DNA from: Alphaproteobacteria bacterium
GTDB taxonomy: Bacteria; Pseudomonadota; Alphaproteobacteria; Sphingomonadales; Sphingomonadaceae
DNA length: 64,000 nt
Assembly: GCA_046566245.1 (NCBI GenBank)
Contig: JBKHXB010000001.1
Span: 4,221 to 68,220, forward strand
Reading direction: 5' to 3'
The notes under the pieces were generated by a model. It had not been told where the DNA came from. It saw only the letters and a program-made list of their open reading frames with translations, and made no database searches. Made by a program: the position numbers and the translations under genes. Positions 39,879 through 48,600 of this stretch are shown piece after piece (the first letter of the stretch is position 1; each line of letters opens with the position of its first letter).

Positions 39879-40492
39879 GGAAAGCACGTTTCTTCATTTC
39901 GAGCTTGGCAGCAGCTGGATTCGGAATGACCTTCCCAGTGCAGGAGGCGCTCGCCAAAGCCACCTCACCAAATGTTGGCGGCGATGATGATCCCAATGCT
40001 GGCAAGCTGTTCAAGCTGTTCAAGCAGGACCATCTATTCACTCTTGCCCAGCATCGTTCTCACAGCAGCCACCGGAGCCACAGCAGCCACCGAAGTCATA
40101 GTAGCCATCGATCGAGCTCAGGTGGCAGCTCTTATCCAGTCTACACGCCGCCTGTGTACACGCCGCCAGTTACGACACCACCTAGTACCGGCACGCCGTC
40201 CTATCCCTCTCCATCGACCAGCTCACCGTCGCTGCCTGCACCGGGCGTGGATCGCCCAAGTCCGGCGACGGAACCGCGGTCGCTGACCGGCAGAAGCGAG
40301 CTCTTCACTTCAATAGTTCGGCGCGTCCAGCTCGGGCTACTCGCCTATGGCTACTACGAAGGGACGATCGATGGCGTAGTCGGCCCCAAGATGAAGGATG
40401 CGCTTCGCCGCTTCCAGAAGGACTTTGGCCTTAATGTCACGGGCACGATTACGCCGCAGGTTCTCGATGCATTGAAGATCGTCGCCGGCTGA
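39875..40492 (+). CDS. hxsA: His-Xaa-Ser repeat protein HxsA with C-terminal peptidoglycan-binding domain
   Basis: Seven H-x-S units (HRSHSSHRSHSSHRSHSSHRS), P/S/T linker, VRRVQLGL...GYY.GTIDGVVGP...FQ...GL..TG. Confidence 0.88.
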   Translation: MRKARFFISSLAAAGFGMTFPVQEALAKATSPNVGGDDDPNAGKLFKLFKQDHLFTLAQHRSHSSHRSHSSHRSHSSHRSSSGGSSYPVYTPPVYTPPVTTPPSTGTPSYPSPSTSSPSLPAPGVDRPSPATEPRSLTGRSELFTSIVRRVQLGLLAYGYYEGTIDGVVGPKMKDALRRFQKDFGLNVTGTITPQVLDALKIVAG

Positions 40493-40580
40493 TCCCAGGC
40501 CGCTCACGTGCAGTGGCTCGGCGCCGATTATGTGGCGAGCACGCGGACGGCCCCACCGGTCAAATTACCGGCAGACGCTA

Positions 40581-40607
40581 CTCATGACAAAACTGTACTT
40601 TCGTTAT
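40581..40607 (+). repeat. Degenerate third copy of the palindrome
   Basis: CTCATGACAAAACTGTACTTTCGTTAT: intact CATGACA half-site, 12-nt spacer, 3/5 second half; lies between the convergent hxsA and OLD 3' ends. Confidence 0.4.
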
Positions 40608-40645
40608 CAGCAAGTCCTGCCGCGGCGCTCTAAGTAGATCACGTA

Positions 40646-42562
40646 CTATGCAGCCTTGGAAACCCTTCGTAGGATTTCCTCGAGTTCAAGCCGCGGATCT
40701 TCGTCCATAGCCGCCCAAAAGCTGTCGTCCGAGACGAACCTGATCAGCTTGTCTATGTCCTTGCCGGCAAAGCCGGGTGGCAAGTACGCCTCTAGAGATC
40801 CCCGCCGGAGCAGGAAAACCTGTTCAGCGGCCGCGGTCTGAATAAAACGATCTAGCTTCTTCTCTTGCTCGTCCGAGAGATCTTGCGAGAGTTGGCGCCG
40901 ACGACTTTTGATGTATTCCCAGGTTTGTTCCGCTCCGGCCCAGGATCCGGTAGAGATCGCCTTTTCAATCTCCGCTACCAAGGCAGCGGCATCCTTGCTC
41001 CTTATGTTCTCCAGAACATCTTCTTTGATCTCGCGATCATTGACCTTGAACAGCGACTGGAGCTCCGCGCTGCCGATCTGCTCAATGTAATCAAGGTCTG
41101 CCAGTATCGCATATGAAACCCGAGATGCCTGAAGCAGACTCTGATATGCACTGAACAAGCCTTTCCCACCGACACTGATGATCTCTAGGATCAACCCGGT
41201 GTCGGGCAAACCAAGCCGATTGAGAGCGGCTTCGAAGAAAATACGGTCTGACAGGCCCTCCACGAGAAGGACCTTGTCTGCGAAAAAGATGCGCTCATTG
41301 TTTTGACTGTTGACGATGTTGAAGAGGTGCTTCCCGTCCGGCAGTCCTCCCACTTCCAATCGGACGATTTGACTCTCTTGGTTCTCAGCGAAAACGCGAG
41401 AGACATATTGAATCGATTTTGGCGACACAAATGTCGGAGAATGGGTCGCCAACAGGAACTGGTTACCGGTTTTGTCAGTGAGTTCCTCGAACAGGTCGAG
41501 CAGTATGGCCTGCCATTTGGGGTGAAGATGCAGTTCGGGCTCATCGACAATGATGAGTGCATCACGAACGTTCAAAGCAAAAATCGTGAACAGATACGTA
41601 AGCAACTCTCGCTCGCCTGATGACGCGCGGCTGACAACGAAGCTCGTTCCCTGCTTTGAAAGCTGTACGTCATAGGCGTTCCGGAGCGGCGCCGTTGAGA
41701 CAAGGTCCCACTCATACCCCAGCCGAGTGAGGATCTTCGTAAGCTCTTGGAGGTTTTCATCAGCCCGAAACTCTTTGGCTGCTGTCCCCGTGTCTTTTTC
41801 TAACAAAAGCCGATACCGCTGTGCGAGACGGCCAATGGCGACCTGAACAAGGGAGAATTGTGTGCGGGATATAGTGGCGTCGCTTTGTCTCTTCGATTCA
41901 AAGGCGTTGTAGCCAGCGAGCTCGATGCTCGACGAGATCGCGTTAGCGGCGCGGTTGACGGGGAGATACACCATAGGCGTCGAAAGCGCGGCCAAGTCGT
42001 ATTCTTCCCTCAGCTGACTGTCGATTTCTGCCATCTGAAGAAACTGCAGGAATTGGGTTGATTCTGGTCCTGGAGTTCCGTGCTCGACCGAGCCATCGGC
42101 CAGCCGGTATGTGAAGCGCTGGCCCGAAACGATTTGATCGACATTCCATTCGGCAGCTTCCCGGTACCGAAGGTTTACATACTTTTTGCTCGCGAGCTCC
42201 AGGATGCGCTCGGAGTCATGCTTGATGGTCAACATGCTGTCCAAATCGCGGCGCGTGACCTCGACTTCTACCTCCAAAAGCTGAGGGAGGTCAGAAGCGG
42301 CACTATGTTTCTCTAAGATGAGCTGATTCAACGCATCATTGTACCGAAACTCGTGACGGTTTGGCTCCTCAGGAGTGGGGACGTTGACCGCATACATGGA
42401 GGCAAAGAGATGCCGCCTCAGCATGATCACGATCGCGTCAAGCAGGTTTGTTTTGCCGCCACCATTCGGGCCGATAAGGATACTGACGTTACCATCTAAA
42501 TTAAGCTCGGCCCGTTGGAGGAAGCTCCGAACGTTTTCGAGTGCAACTCGCCTCAGCAGCAT
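40646..42562 (-). CDS. OLD-family ATP-dependent nuclease (ABC ATPase + TOPRIM)
   Basis: Walker A GPNGGGKT, SSGE signature, DEPELHLHP, ATHSP, TOPRIM VEGLSD and ADLD. Confidence 0.88.
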   Translation of the reverse strand: MLLRRVALENVRSFLQRAELNLDGNVSILIGPNGGGKTNLLDAIVIMLRRHLFASMYAVNVPTPEEPNRHEFRYNDALNQLILEKHSAASDLPQLLEVEVEVTRRDLDSMLTIKHDSERILELASKKYVNLRYREAAEWNVDQIVSGQRFTYRLADGSVEHGTPGPESTQFLQFLQMAEIDSQLREEYDLAALSTPMVYLPVNRAANAISSSIELAGYNAFESKRQSDATISRTQFSLVQVAIGRLAQRYRLLLEKDTGTAAKEFRADENLQELTKILTRLGYEWDLVSTAPLRNAYDVQLSKQGTSFVVSRASSGERELLTYLFTIFALNVRDALIIVDEPELHLHPKWQAILLDLFEELTDKTGNQFLLATHSPTFVSPKSIQYVSRVFAENQESQIVRLEVGGLPDGKHLFNIVNSQNNERIFFADKVLLVEGLSDRIFFEAALNRLGLPDTGLILEIISVGGKGLFSAYQSLLQASRVSYAILADLDYIEQIGSAELQSLFKVNDREIKEDVLENIRSKDAAALVAEIEKAISTGSWAGAEQTWEYIKSRRRQLSQDLSDEQEKKLDRFIQTAAAEQVFLLRRGSLEAYLPPGFAGKDIDKLIRFVSDDSFWAAMDEDPRLELEEILRRVSKAA

Positions 42563-42675
42563 CGTCAGACCTCACGCACGTGGGACACGCGGTGCTGCTC
42601 GAATTTGATGATTTTGTATAGGTGACGCTTAGTATAGGCATCTGCCCGCGTATGCCTGAGACGAGCGCTCACATT

Positions 42676-42700
42676 CATGACATTTCCGTGTTTTTGTCAC
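42676..42700 (-). repeat. 25-bp imperfect palindrome, copy 2 (inverted relative to copy 1)
   Basis: CATGACATTTCCGTGTTTTTGTCAC on the + strand. Confidence 0.7.
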
Positions 42701-42751
42701 GAGTTGATAGCGGGTCGCCGAGCAACGCTCCAGCGACTGCGATGCGTCCAA

Positions 42752-43447
42752 TTATTTCGGCTTCCGACGAACTGCAGCCTGGAGAGTCTTGAAATTAAGC
42801 GAGTACGCATCGACGACCATCTTGCTGACCGGGATGTTCAACCGCCGTGCGGCTACGCAGACCCGCGCCTGATCCTGCTCGGAAACGCGAGAACCGAGAA
42901 AGATCTTCGTGACTGTTCTAAGCTTTTGGTATCTAGCCTGTCCATTCTCCTCGATAAAAATCCGCCATTCGCGCTCGCTCGCCCAGCGCACCGTCTTGCT
43001 CGATAGGCAGAGGCGCGCGCGATCGAGAGCGCTGCTCCCATCGTTTAGAAGTACCGGCTCTTTTTCCGAATACATCATCCGCGTGATTGCGACGCTGGAA
43101 TCGAGGCCAGTAATTAGCCGCTTCAAATTATATTCGACGCACATCCCCTCGAAGAAGTCGGCATAATGCGCCCACATCGGCTCGTGATCATACGTCTCTG
43201 AAAACGAAGCGATGCCCATAGCGTTGAAGGCGCGTCGGATCTGCACTTGCCGCTTCTCATGGTTCGGGTTTTTTTGAAACCTCAGTGACAGCCGATGCTT
43301 GCCTTCCATCGGATCATTGAGTTTCGAATAGGGCGAGCAGTGAATGTAGCCCTCGACCATCGCCTTGAGCTCGCGCTCGGCTTTCTCGCCGAGCGGCCGG
43401 TAACGGTAAAGACTGGGCGGCTTTGCGTAGATGTGGATGTCGGCCAT
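42752..43447 (-). CDS. DUF2971-like protein
   Basis: LYRYR, LNDPMEG, IASFSE...MWAHYAD...GMCVEY, K...WASEREWR. Confidence 0.8.
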   Translation of the reverse strand: MADIHIYAKPPSLYRYRPLGEKAERELKAMVEGYIHCSPYSKLNDPMEGKHRLSLRFQKNPNHEKRQVQIRRAFNAMGIASFSETYDHEPMWAHYADFFEGMCVEYNLKRLITGLDSSVAITRMMYSEKEPVLLNDGSSALDRARLCLSSKTVRWASEREWRIFIEENGQARYQKLRTVTKIFLGSRVSEQDQARVCVAARRLNIPVSKMVVDAYSLNFKTLQAAVRRKPK

Positions 43448-43677
43448 TTGTGCGTGTCATCCCTCAGCTTAACCTCGACAATAAGCGGTGGTCTCGCATT
43501 CGCAACGGTGCAGCAAACTGTCGTGAATAGCGTTCAGTCGATCCGGGTGTGACGTCCCGCCAATCAAGATGTGGCGGTCCGGCCTCCTTGGGCGATGAGC
43601 TTGCACTTGACAGTCAGCCAGCTGGTCAGCTCTGCGGCGCGCGTCTTGTCATCTGCCGCCGTCCACGCGATCGTACG

Positions 43678-44421
43678 TCATCGGCGCGGGTCTTCCTTCG
43701 CCGATCGGCTTTCGGACAGTGAGTCAAACTCGACGATGTATGGAAGCCGCCGCAGGAAGGCAGCGTCGATGTTCTGTTTGCGATTGGTAGTGAGGATGAC
43801 CGGCCCGTCATGGTCTTCCATCCGCTGCAGCAGATAGCTCACTTCAATGTTCGTGTAGTGGTCGTGGCCGTCCTTCACACCTGTACGCTTCCCGAACAGC
43901 GCATCAGCTTCATCAAACATCAGGACGGCTCCAGACGGCTCGGCTGCATCGAAGACACGCTGAAGATTTTCCTCGGTTTCACCGATGTACTTGCTGACGA
44001 CGGCGGGCGTATCGACACGGTACAGGTCGACCCCGCGGCCGGCTGCAAGGACCTGAGCCGCCATTGACTTGCCTGTGCCAGGCGGCCCGGCAAACAGCGC
44101 AGCGAGCGCTGTGTCATGCTGTCCTTCAGCGCCTCGCGCGTTTCGCTCTTCCACGTGTGATCTGCGCCTCGCGTCTTCAGCGAGCCTGCGAAGGCGCCCA
44201 ACCTGGTCGGGGGCCAGCTGAAGGTCATCCCACGTTGGAAGCGACTTCGCGTGATCCACACGAATGAGTCGCGAGTGAGCACCCCGCCGAGGCCCCCGTC
44301 CCTCTGGTCTGATCAGTGCCTTGCTGGCCAGATACGCCGCGATCCCCGCCACTGCCGCACCGAGCACCAACCGGAACTTGAAGTTCCTGTAGGGGTCGGT
44401 CCGGGTCTCGTTCGTCGCCAC
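43678..44421 (-). pseudogene. Truncated AAA+ ATPase (eCIS Afp15-like) with tail-tube-like N-terminal peptide
   Basis: GPPGTGKS, VVSKYIGETEENL, FDEADALFGKR, LLQRME, TTN...IDAAFLRR; ends right after the core and lacks the lid helices. GTG 44421 gives MATNETRTDPYRNFKFRL. Confidence 0.6.
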
Positions 44422-44559
44422 TGGCAACGTTCCTTCGATGTTGGGAAGAGGAGCTGCAATCATAGACTAACGTGTCGGCCGCTTGCACGGCCAATTCCGC
44501 CGGGACGTCCTCCACCAACAGGGGTGCGCCGTCGAGGCGTGAAGCGCGCACCAAGGGTT

Positions 44560-44574
44560 TGGCACAGCGCTTGC
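44560..44574 (+). promoter_or_regulatory. Sigma-54 -24/-12 consensus match
   Basis: TGGCAC-AGCGC-TTGC; no obvious downstream gene. Confidence 0.35.
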
Positions 44575-44738
44575 CGCGCTACGGATGATGACGTTTCAGG
44601 AAATCAGAAGCCGCATCCGCCGGAGCGGTCCCAGCTGCAGGCGGAGCTATACGTTTCCGGACAGGAGCTGTTCGGGAGCGGACATTCTACCGCAATCGGA
44701 TCAGGGACTTTGCCAAACCGTGCACCGGAATTTCGCGC

Positions 44739-44791
44739 CAGAGACTGAGGGTGAAAATCGGCCCTCGGCGCCCCCGATAGCCCAGTCTCTG
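44739..44791. repeat. Inverted repeat near the element end
   Basis: CAGAGACTG (44739-47) and CAGTCTCTG (44783-91); an extra CAGAGACT lies at 44849-56. Confidence 0.7.
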
Positions 44792-44874
44792 CACACGAAT
44801 TCTCCGGTCAGAAGGCGCAGAACTGCGCCACTCTTCCGCCAGCAAAAACAGAGACTTAACTCTCGAAATGTGCG

Positions 44875-44948
44875 TGGAGGCCCGAGCCGGAATCGAACCG
44901 GCGTGCAAGGATTTGCAGTCCTCTGCGTAACCACTCCGCCATCGGGCC
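44875..44948 (-). tRNA. tRNA-Cys (GCA)
   Basis: GGCCCGATGGCGGAGTGGTTACGCAGAGGACTGCAAATCCTTGCACGCCGGTTCGATTCCGGCTCGGGCCTCCA: cloverleaf, GCA anticodon, encoded CCA. Confidence 0.97.
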
Positions 44949-45133
44949 GGAGACGCGCATTTCGGGGGCTTTGCCTCTCTGGTCAAGGGGCATAGGTCCG
45001 GCATCTCAATCGGGCTGTGCCATTGGTCGATACGGGAAATTCGACAAACGGGGGCAGCTTCGCCTTGGCGACGAAAGCTGCTGCCGATAAAGCCGGCTTG
45101 CATCCCAACTGTATTAGCTGCATATAACACCAG

Positions 45134-45784
45134 ATGACGATTCACGCTCCTATTCCGGACTTCGCCGCTGCCCGCGCCGCAATGGTCGACAGCCAGCTTC
45201 GGCCCCAGGGCGTCATCTATCCGCCGGTGGTCGAGGCGATGGCGCGAGTGCCGCGCGAGACGTTCGTCGCCGAGGGATCTGAGGCCCTCGCCTATTCCGA
45301 CCGGCCCGTGGCGATCGGTGAGGGGCGGATGATGTCGCCGCCGATGGTGCTCGGCTTCCTCCTTACGGAGCTTGTCCCGGCGCCGGGCGAGCGTGCGCTC
45401 GTCGTTGGTTGCGGCACCGGCTATTCGGCAGCGGTGCTGGAAGCGATGGGCCTCAAGGTCATTGGGCTCGAGTGCTCTTCGCGGCTTGCCGCGCGCGCCC
45501 GCGCCGCGCGGATCCATGTCGTCGAGGGTCCGCTCGAGGACGGCTGGAAGAAGGGAGCGCCGTACGACCTCATCCTGATCGACGGCGCGATCGAGCATAT
45601 CCCGGACGCGATCGTCGATCAGCTGGCCGCGGATGGCCGCCTCGGAACGGCGTTGCTGGACCGCGGCGTCTGCAGGCTTGCGGTCGGGCGCAGGGCAGGC
45701 GACGGCTTCGGCATCCAGACCCTCGCTGACGCCGGCGCAGCGCCTCTCCCCGGCTTTTCCAGGCCGCGGACGTTCAGTTTTTGA
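45134..45784 (+). CDS. pcm: Protein-L-isoaspartate O-methyltransferase family
   Basis: ARAAMVDSQLRPQGV, VPRETFV, LVVGCGTGY, PYDLILIDGA. Confidence 0.88.
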   Translation: MTIHAPIPDFAAARAAMVDSQLRPQGVIYPPVVEAMARVPRETFVAEGSEALAYSDRPVAIGEGRMMSPPMVLGFLLTELVPAPGERALVVGCGTGYSAAVLEAMGLKVIGLECSSRLAARARAARIHVVEGPLEDGWKKGAPYDLILIDGAIEHIPDAIVDQLAADGRLGTALLDRGVCRLAVGRRAGDGFGIQTLADAGAAPLPGFSRPRTFSF

Positions 45785-47241
45785 AGGCGGTCGCAGACGT
45801 GTCTCGTTCGGGCCGATTCCTGATCGCGGCGATGGCGACGGCGCTGGCCGCGGGAACCGCCTCGGCGGATACGCTTCGCGAGGCCCTGGCATCCACGTAT
45901 CGCACCAATCCGACCCTGATGGCGCAGCGCGAGTCGCTGAAGGCGACCGACGCCGGAGTCGCGATCGCGCGCGCGCAGGGCCGGCCCCAGCTCAGCGCCA
46001 CGGCCGGGATCAACCGCGACCTCACCCGTTCGGGCATCCTGGCGATCGGGAGCAAAGGCACCGACCTGACGGTTGGGGCAGACCTCAGCTATCCGTTGTT
46101 CAGCGGCGGAAGCGTCCGCAATTCGATCAACGCGGCCAAGACCCGGGTCGAGGCCGGGCGGGCGCTGCTCGACGCGGTCGAGGGCGATGTCTTCACCGAG
46201 GCGGTTGCCGCCTACATGGACGTCATCCGCGACCGGGCGATCGTCGAGCTCAACCAGAACAACGTGCGGGTCCTTGACACCAACCTACAGGCGACCCGCG
46301 ACCGGTTCGAGATCGGCGACCTGACTCGGACCGACATCGCGCAGTCGGAAGCACGGCTCGAGGGCGCGCGGACCAACCTTGCTGCAGCAGAAGCCAGGCT
46401 CGCCTCCAGCATCGAAAACTACAAAAGAGTGGTGGGGACGCCGCCGGGAGAGCTGGCGCCGCCGCCGCCGCTGCCGCCGCTGCCGACATCCGCGGAAGAA
46501 GCGGTCCGGATCGCGCTCGCCAACAACCCCGACCTGGTCGCGGCGACGCGCCAGGCCGAAGCGGCCGGGTTCGACGTCCGGGTCGCGCGCGCGAGCCGGC
46601 TTCCAACGGTCTCCGCCGGGGTCAGCTCAACCTATTACAATGCGCTCGCGGGGGCCGAGAGCGGTTTCCCGTCGACCGGCACCGAGACTAGCGCGGGCCT
46701 CAACGCCCGGATCCCCCTCTACCAGGGCGGCGGCCCGTCGGCGCGAATCCGCCAGGCGCAGGCGCTCGAAGGCCAGCTTCTGGAGCAGGTCATCGCGAGC
46801 GAGCGGACGGTCGTCGCCAACACCCGCTCCGCCTTCGCGGCCTATCAGGCGGCGGAACGCGCGATCCGTTCGAGCCAGCTCGCGGTCAAGGCCAACGAGC
46901 TCGCCCTTGAAGGCACCCGTGCCGAGCAGGGAGTCGGAACGCGCAACGTGCTCGACGTCCTCAACGCGGAGCAGGAGCTCGTGAACTCTCAGGTCGCGCT
47001 CGTGACCGCGCGCCGCGACCATTATGTCGCGGGCTTCCAGCTCCTGAACGCGATGGGCCAGACGCAGGCCGAGGACCTCGGGCTCGACGGCGGCCCGCTC
47101 TACGACCCGCTCGGCAATTACCGGCGTGTCGCGGACAGCTGGAGCGACTGGGCGAGCGATCCGCGGCACGTGCCGGTTTCGACCCGCACGGTCACCCCGG
47201 CGGAAGAGCCGCAGCCGCTGCCGGTGCCGCACGACCAGTAA
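45781..47241 (+). CDS. tolC: TolC-family outer-membrane efflux protein
   Basis: Signal peptide, RFEIGDLTRTDIAQSEARL, GTRNVLDVLNAEQEL; pcm-tolC-popZ synteny. Confidence 0.92.
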   Translation: MKAVADVSRSGRFLIAAMATALAAGTASADTLREALASTYRTNPTLMAQRESLKATDAGVAIARAQGRPQLSATAGINRDLTRSGILAIGSKGTDLTVGADLSYPLFSGGSVRNSINAAKTRVEAGRALLDAVEGDVFTEAVAAYMDVIRDRAIVELNQNNVRVLDTNLQATRDRFEIGDLTRTDIAQSEARLEGARTNLAAAEARLASSIENYKRVVGTPPGELAPPPPLPPLPTSAEEAVRIALANNPDLVAATRQAEAAGFDVRVARASRLPTVSAGVSSTYYNALAGAESGFPSTGTETSAGLNARIPLYQGGGPSARIRQAQALEGQLLEQVIASERTVVANTRSAFAAYQAAERAIRSSQLAVKANELALEGTRAEQGVGTRNVLDVLNAEQELVNSQVALVTARRDHYVAGFQLLNAMGQTQAEDLGLDGGPLYDPLGNYRRVADSWSDWASDPRHVPVSTRTVTPAEEPQPLPVPHDQ

Positions 47242-47263
47242 TCTGCTTCACTTCGAAGCGCCG

Positions 47264-47704
47264 ATGAGCGATGATTGGGCCATGCAGTCCCCCGGCCGCG
47301 AACCCTCGATGGAAGACATACTCGCGTCGATCAAGAAAGTGATCGCCGAGGAAAAAGAGCTCCGCACCGCCGTCGAAGCGGCCGAAGCCGAGCATCCGGA
47401 AGAGCAGGCGCGGGAAAGCGACGAGGATGTGCTGGAGCTCGACCAGCCGATCGCGCCGGCCGTGGACCTCGGGCCCCCTCTGCTCGACAAGGACGCCGCG
47501 GAGACGACCCGGCATTCGCTCGAGGAGTTGAGCAGCCTGGCGGCGTCGGTGCCGCCGCAGCCGCAAGTGAATCCGCTCGAGGACATGGTCCGCGAGATGC
47601 TGCGGCCAATCCTGAAGGAATGGCTCGACGAGCATCTTCCCGGGATCGTCAACGAACATGTGAAGCGCGAAATCTCGCGGATCACCGGCCGCAAGCTGTC
47701 CTGA
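47264..47704 (+). CDS. popZ: Polar organizing protein PopZ (DUF2497)
   Basis: EPSMEDILASIKKVI N-helix, acidic linker, LEDMVREMLRPILKEWLDEHLP...VKREI C-terminus. Confidence 0.9.
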   Translation: MSDDWAMQSPGREPSMEDILASIKKVIAEEKELRTAVEAAEAEHPEEQARESDEDVLELDQPIAPAVDLGPPLLDKDAAETTRHSLEELSSLAASVPPQPQVNPLEDMVREMLRPILKEWLDEHLPGIVNEHVKREISRITGRKLS

Positions 47705-47710
47705 CCCGCG

Positions 47711-48190
47711 TTAGAGCGAGCGGGCGAGGATCTCCACGACCCTGCCGAGCCCCGCTTCGTCCTCCTCGGTGAAACGGGCGTGGCTGGGACTGTCGAGGTC
47801 AAGGACGCCGAGAAGCTCACCGTCGCGAAGGATCGGAAGCACGATCTCGCTGTTCGAAGCCGAATCGCAGGCGATATGGCCCGGGAAGGCATGGACGTCG
47901 TCCACGCGCTGAACCGCGCGGGTCTCCGCGGCGACCCCGCACACGCCTTCGCCAAAGCGGATTCGGACGCAGGCCGGCCGTCCCTGGAAAGGCCCGAGAA
48001 CGAGCTCCCCGCCGACGTTGCGGTAGAACCCTGCCCAATTCAGGTCGGGCAAGGATTCCCAGATCAGCGCCGCCGCATTGGCCATGTTGGCGATCGCATC
48101 GCTTTCGCCGTCGACGAGCGCTTCGAGCGCCTGGGCCAGGTCGCGGTAGAGCGTCGGCTTGTCCGTCGCTGCGATCTTGAAGTCGTACAT
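47711..48190 (-). CDS. msrC: GAF-domain protein, free methionine-(R)-sulfoxide reductase-like
   Basis: NWAGFY, LGPFQGRPAC, GEGVCG, HIACDSASNSEIVLP, LDLDSP. Confidence 0.88.
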   Translation of the reverse strand: MYDFKIAATDKPTLYRDLAQALEALVDGESDAIANMANAAALIWESLPDLNWAGFYRNVGGELVLGPFQGRPACVRIRFGEGVCGVAAETRAVQRVDDVHAFPGHIACDSASNSEIVLPILRDGELLGVLDLDSPSHARFTEEDEAGLGRVVEILARSL

Positions 48191-48600
48191 CAGTCGAAAT
48201 CCACCCTTCCCCGCGCCCTTTTCACGGCGCTTCGCTGCTTCTTCGCCTCGACCCGTTTGGCCTTGGCGGCACGGGACGGCCGCGTCGGCCGGCGCTTGGG
48301 CTGCACGATATGGGCCTCGGCGATCATTTGCGCCAGCCGCCTGCGCGCGTCCTCGCGGTTGGCCTCCTGCGTGCGGAACCGGCGTGCGGTGATCAGCAAC
48401 TCGTCAGACGCGGTGAGCCGCGACCCGGCAAGCCGCCGCAGCCGCTCAAGCGGGCCTTCGGCAAGCCCTAGCTTGTGAAGGTCGACGCGAAGCTGGACCG
48501 CGGTCGCGACCTTGTTGACGTTCTGCCCGCCGGGACCGGTCGCCGCGAGAAAGGTCTCGGACAGCGCGTCCTCCGCAATCCGGACCTCTTCAGGCCGCAT
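48190..48600 (-). CDS. arfB: Alternative ribosome rescue peptidyl-tRNA hydrolase
   Basis: GPGGQNVNKVATAV (GGQ), RTQEANREDA, basic tail. Confidence 0.93.
   Translation of the reverse strand: MRPEEVRIAEDALSETFLAATGPGGQNVNKVATAVQLRVDLHKLGLAEGPLERLRRLAGSRLTASDELLITARRFRTQEANREDARRRLAQMIAEAHIVQPKRRPTRPSRAAKAKRVEAKKQRSAVKRARGRVDFD

Noticed and set aside
40646-43447. Gabija system
   Set aside because: A GajA-like OLD protein is present, but no UvrD-like GajB is adjacent.
44687-45892. 401-aa minus-strand ORF spanning tRNA-Cys
   Set aside because: Overlaps the tRNA and pcm, low-complexity, no motifs.
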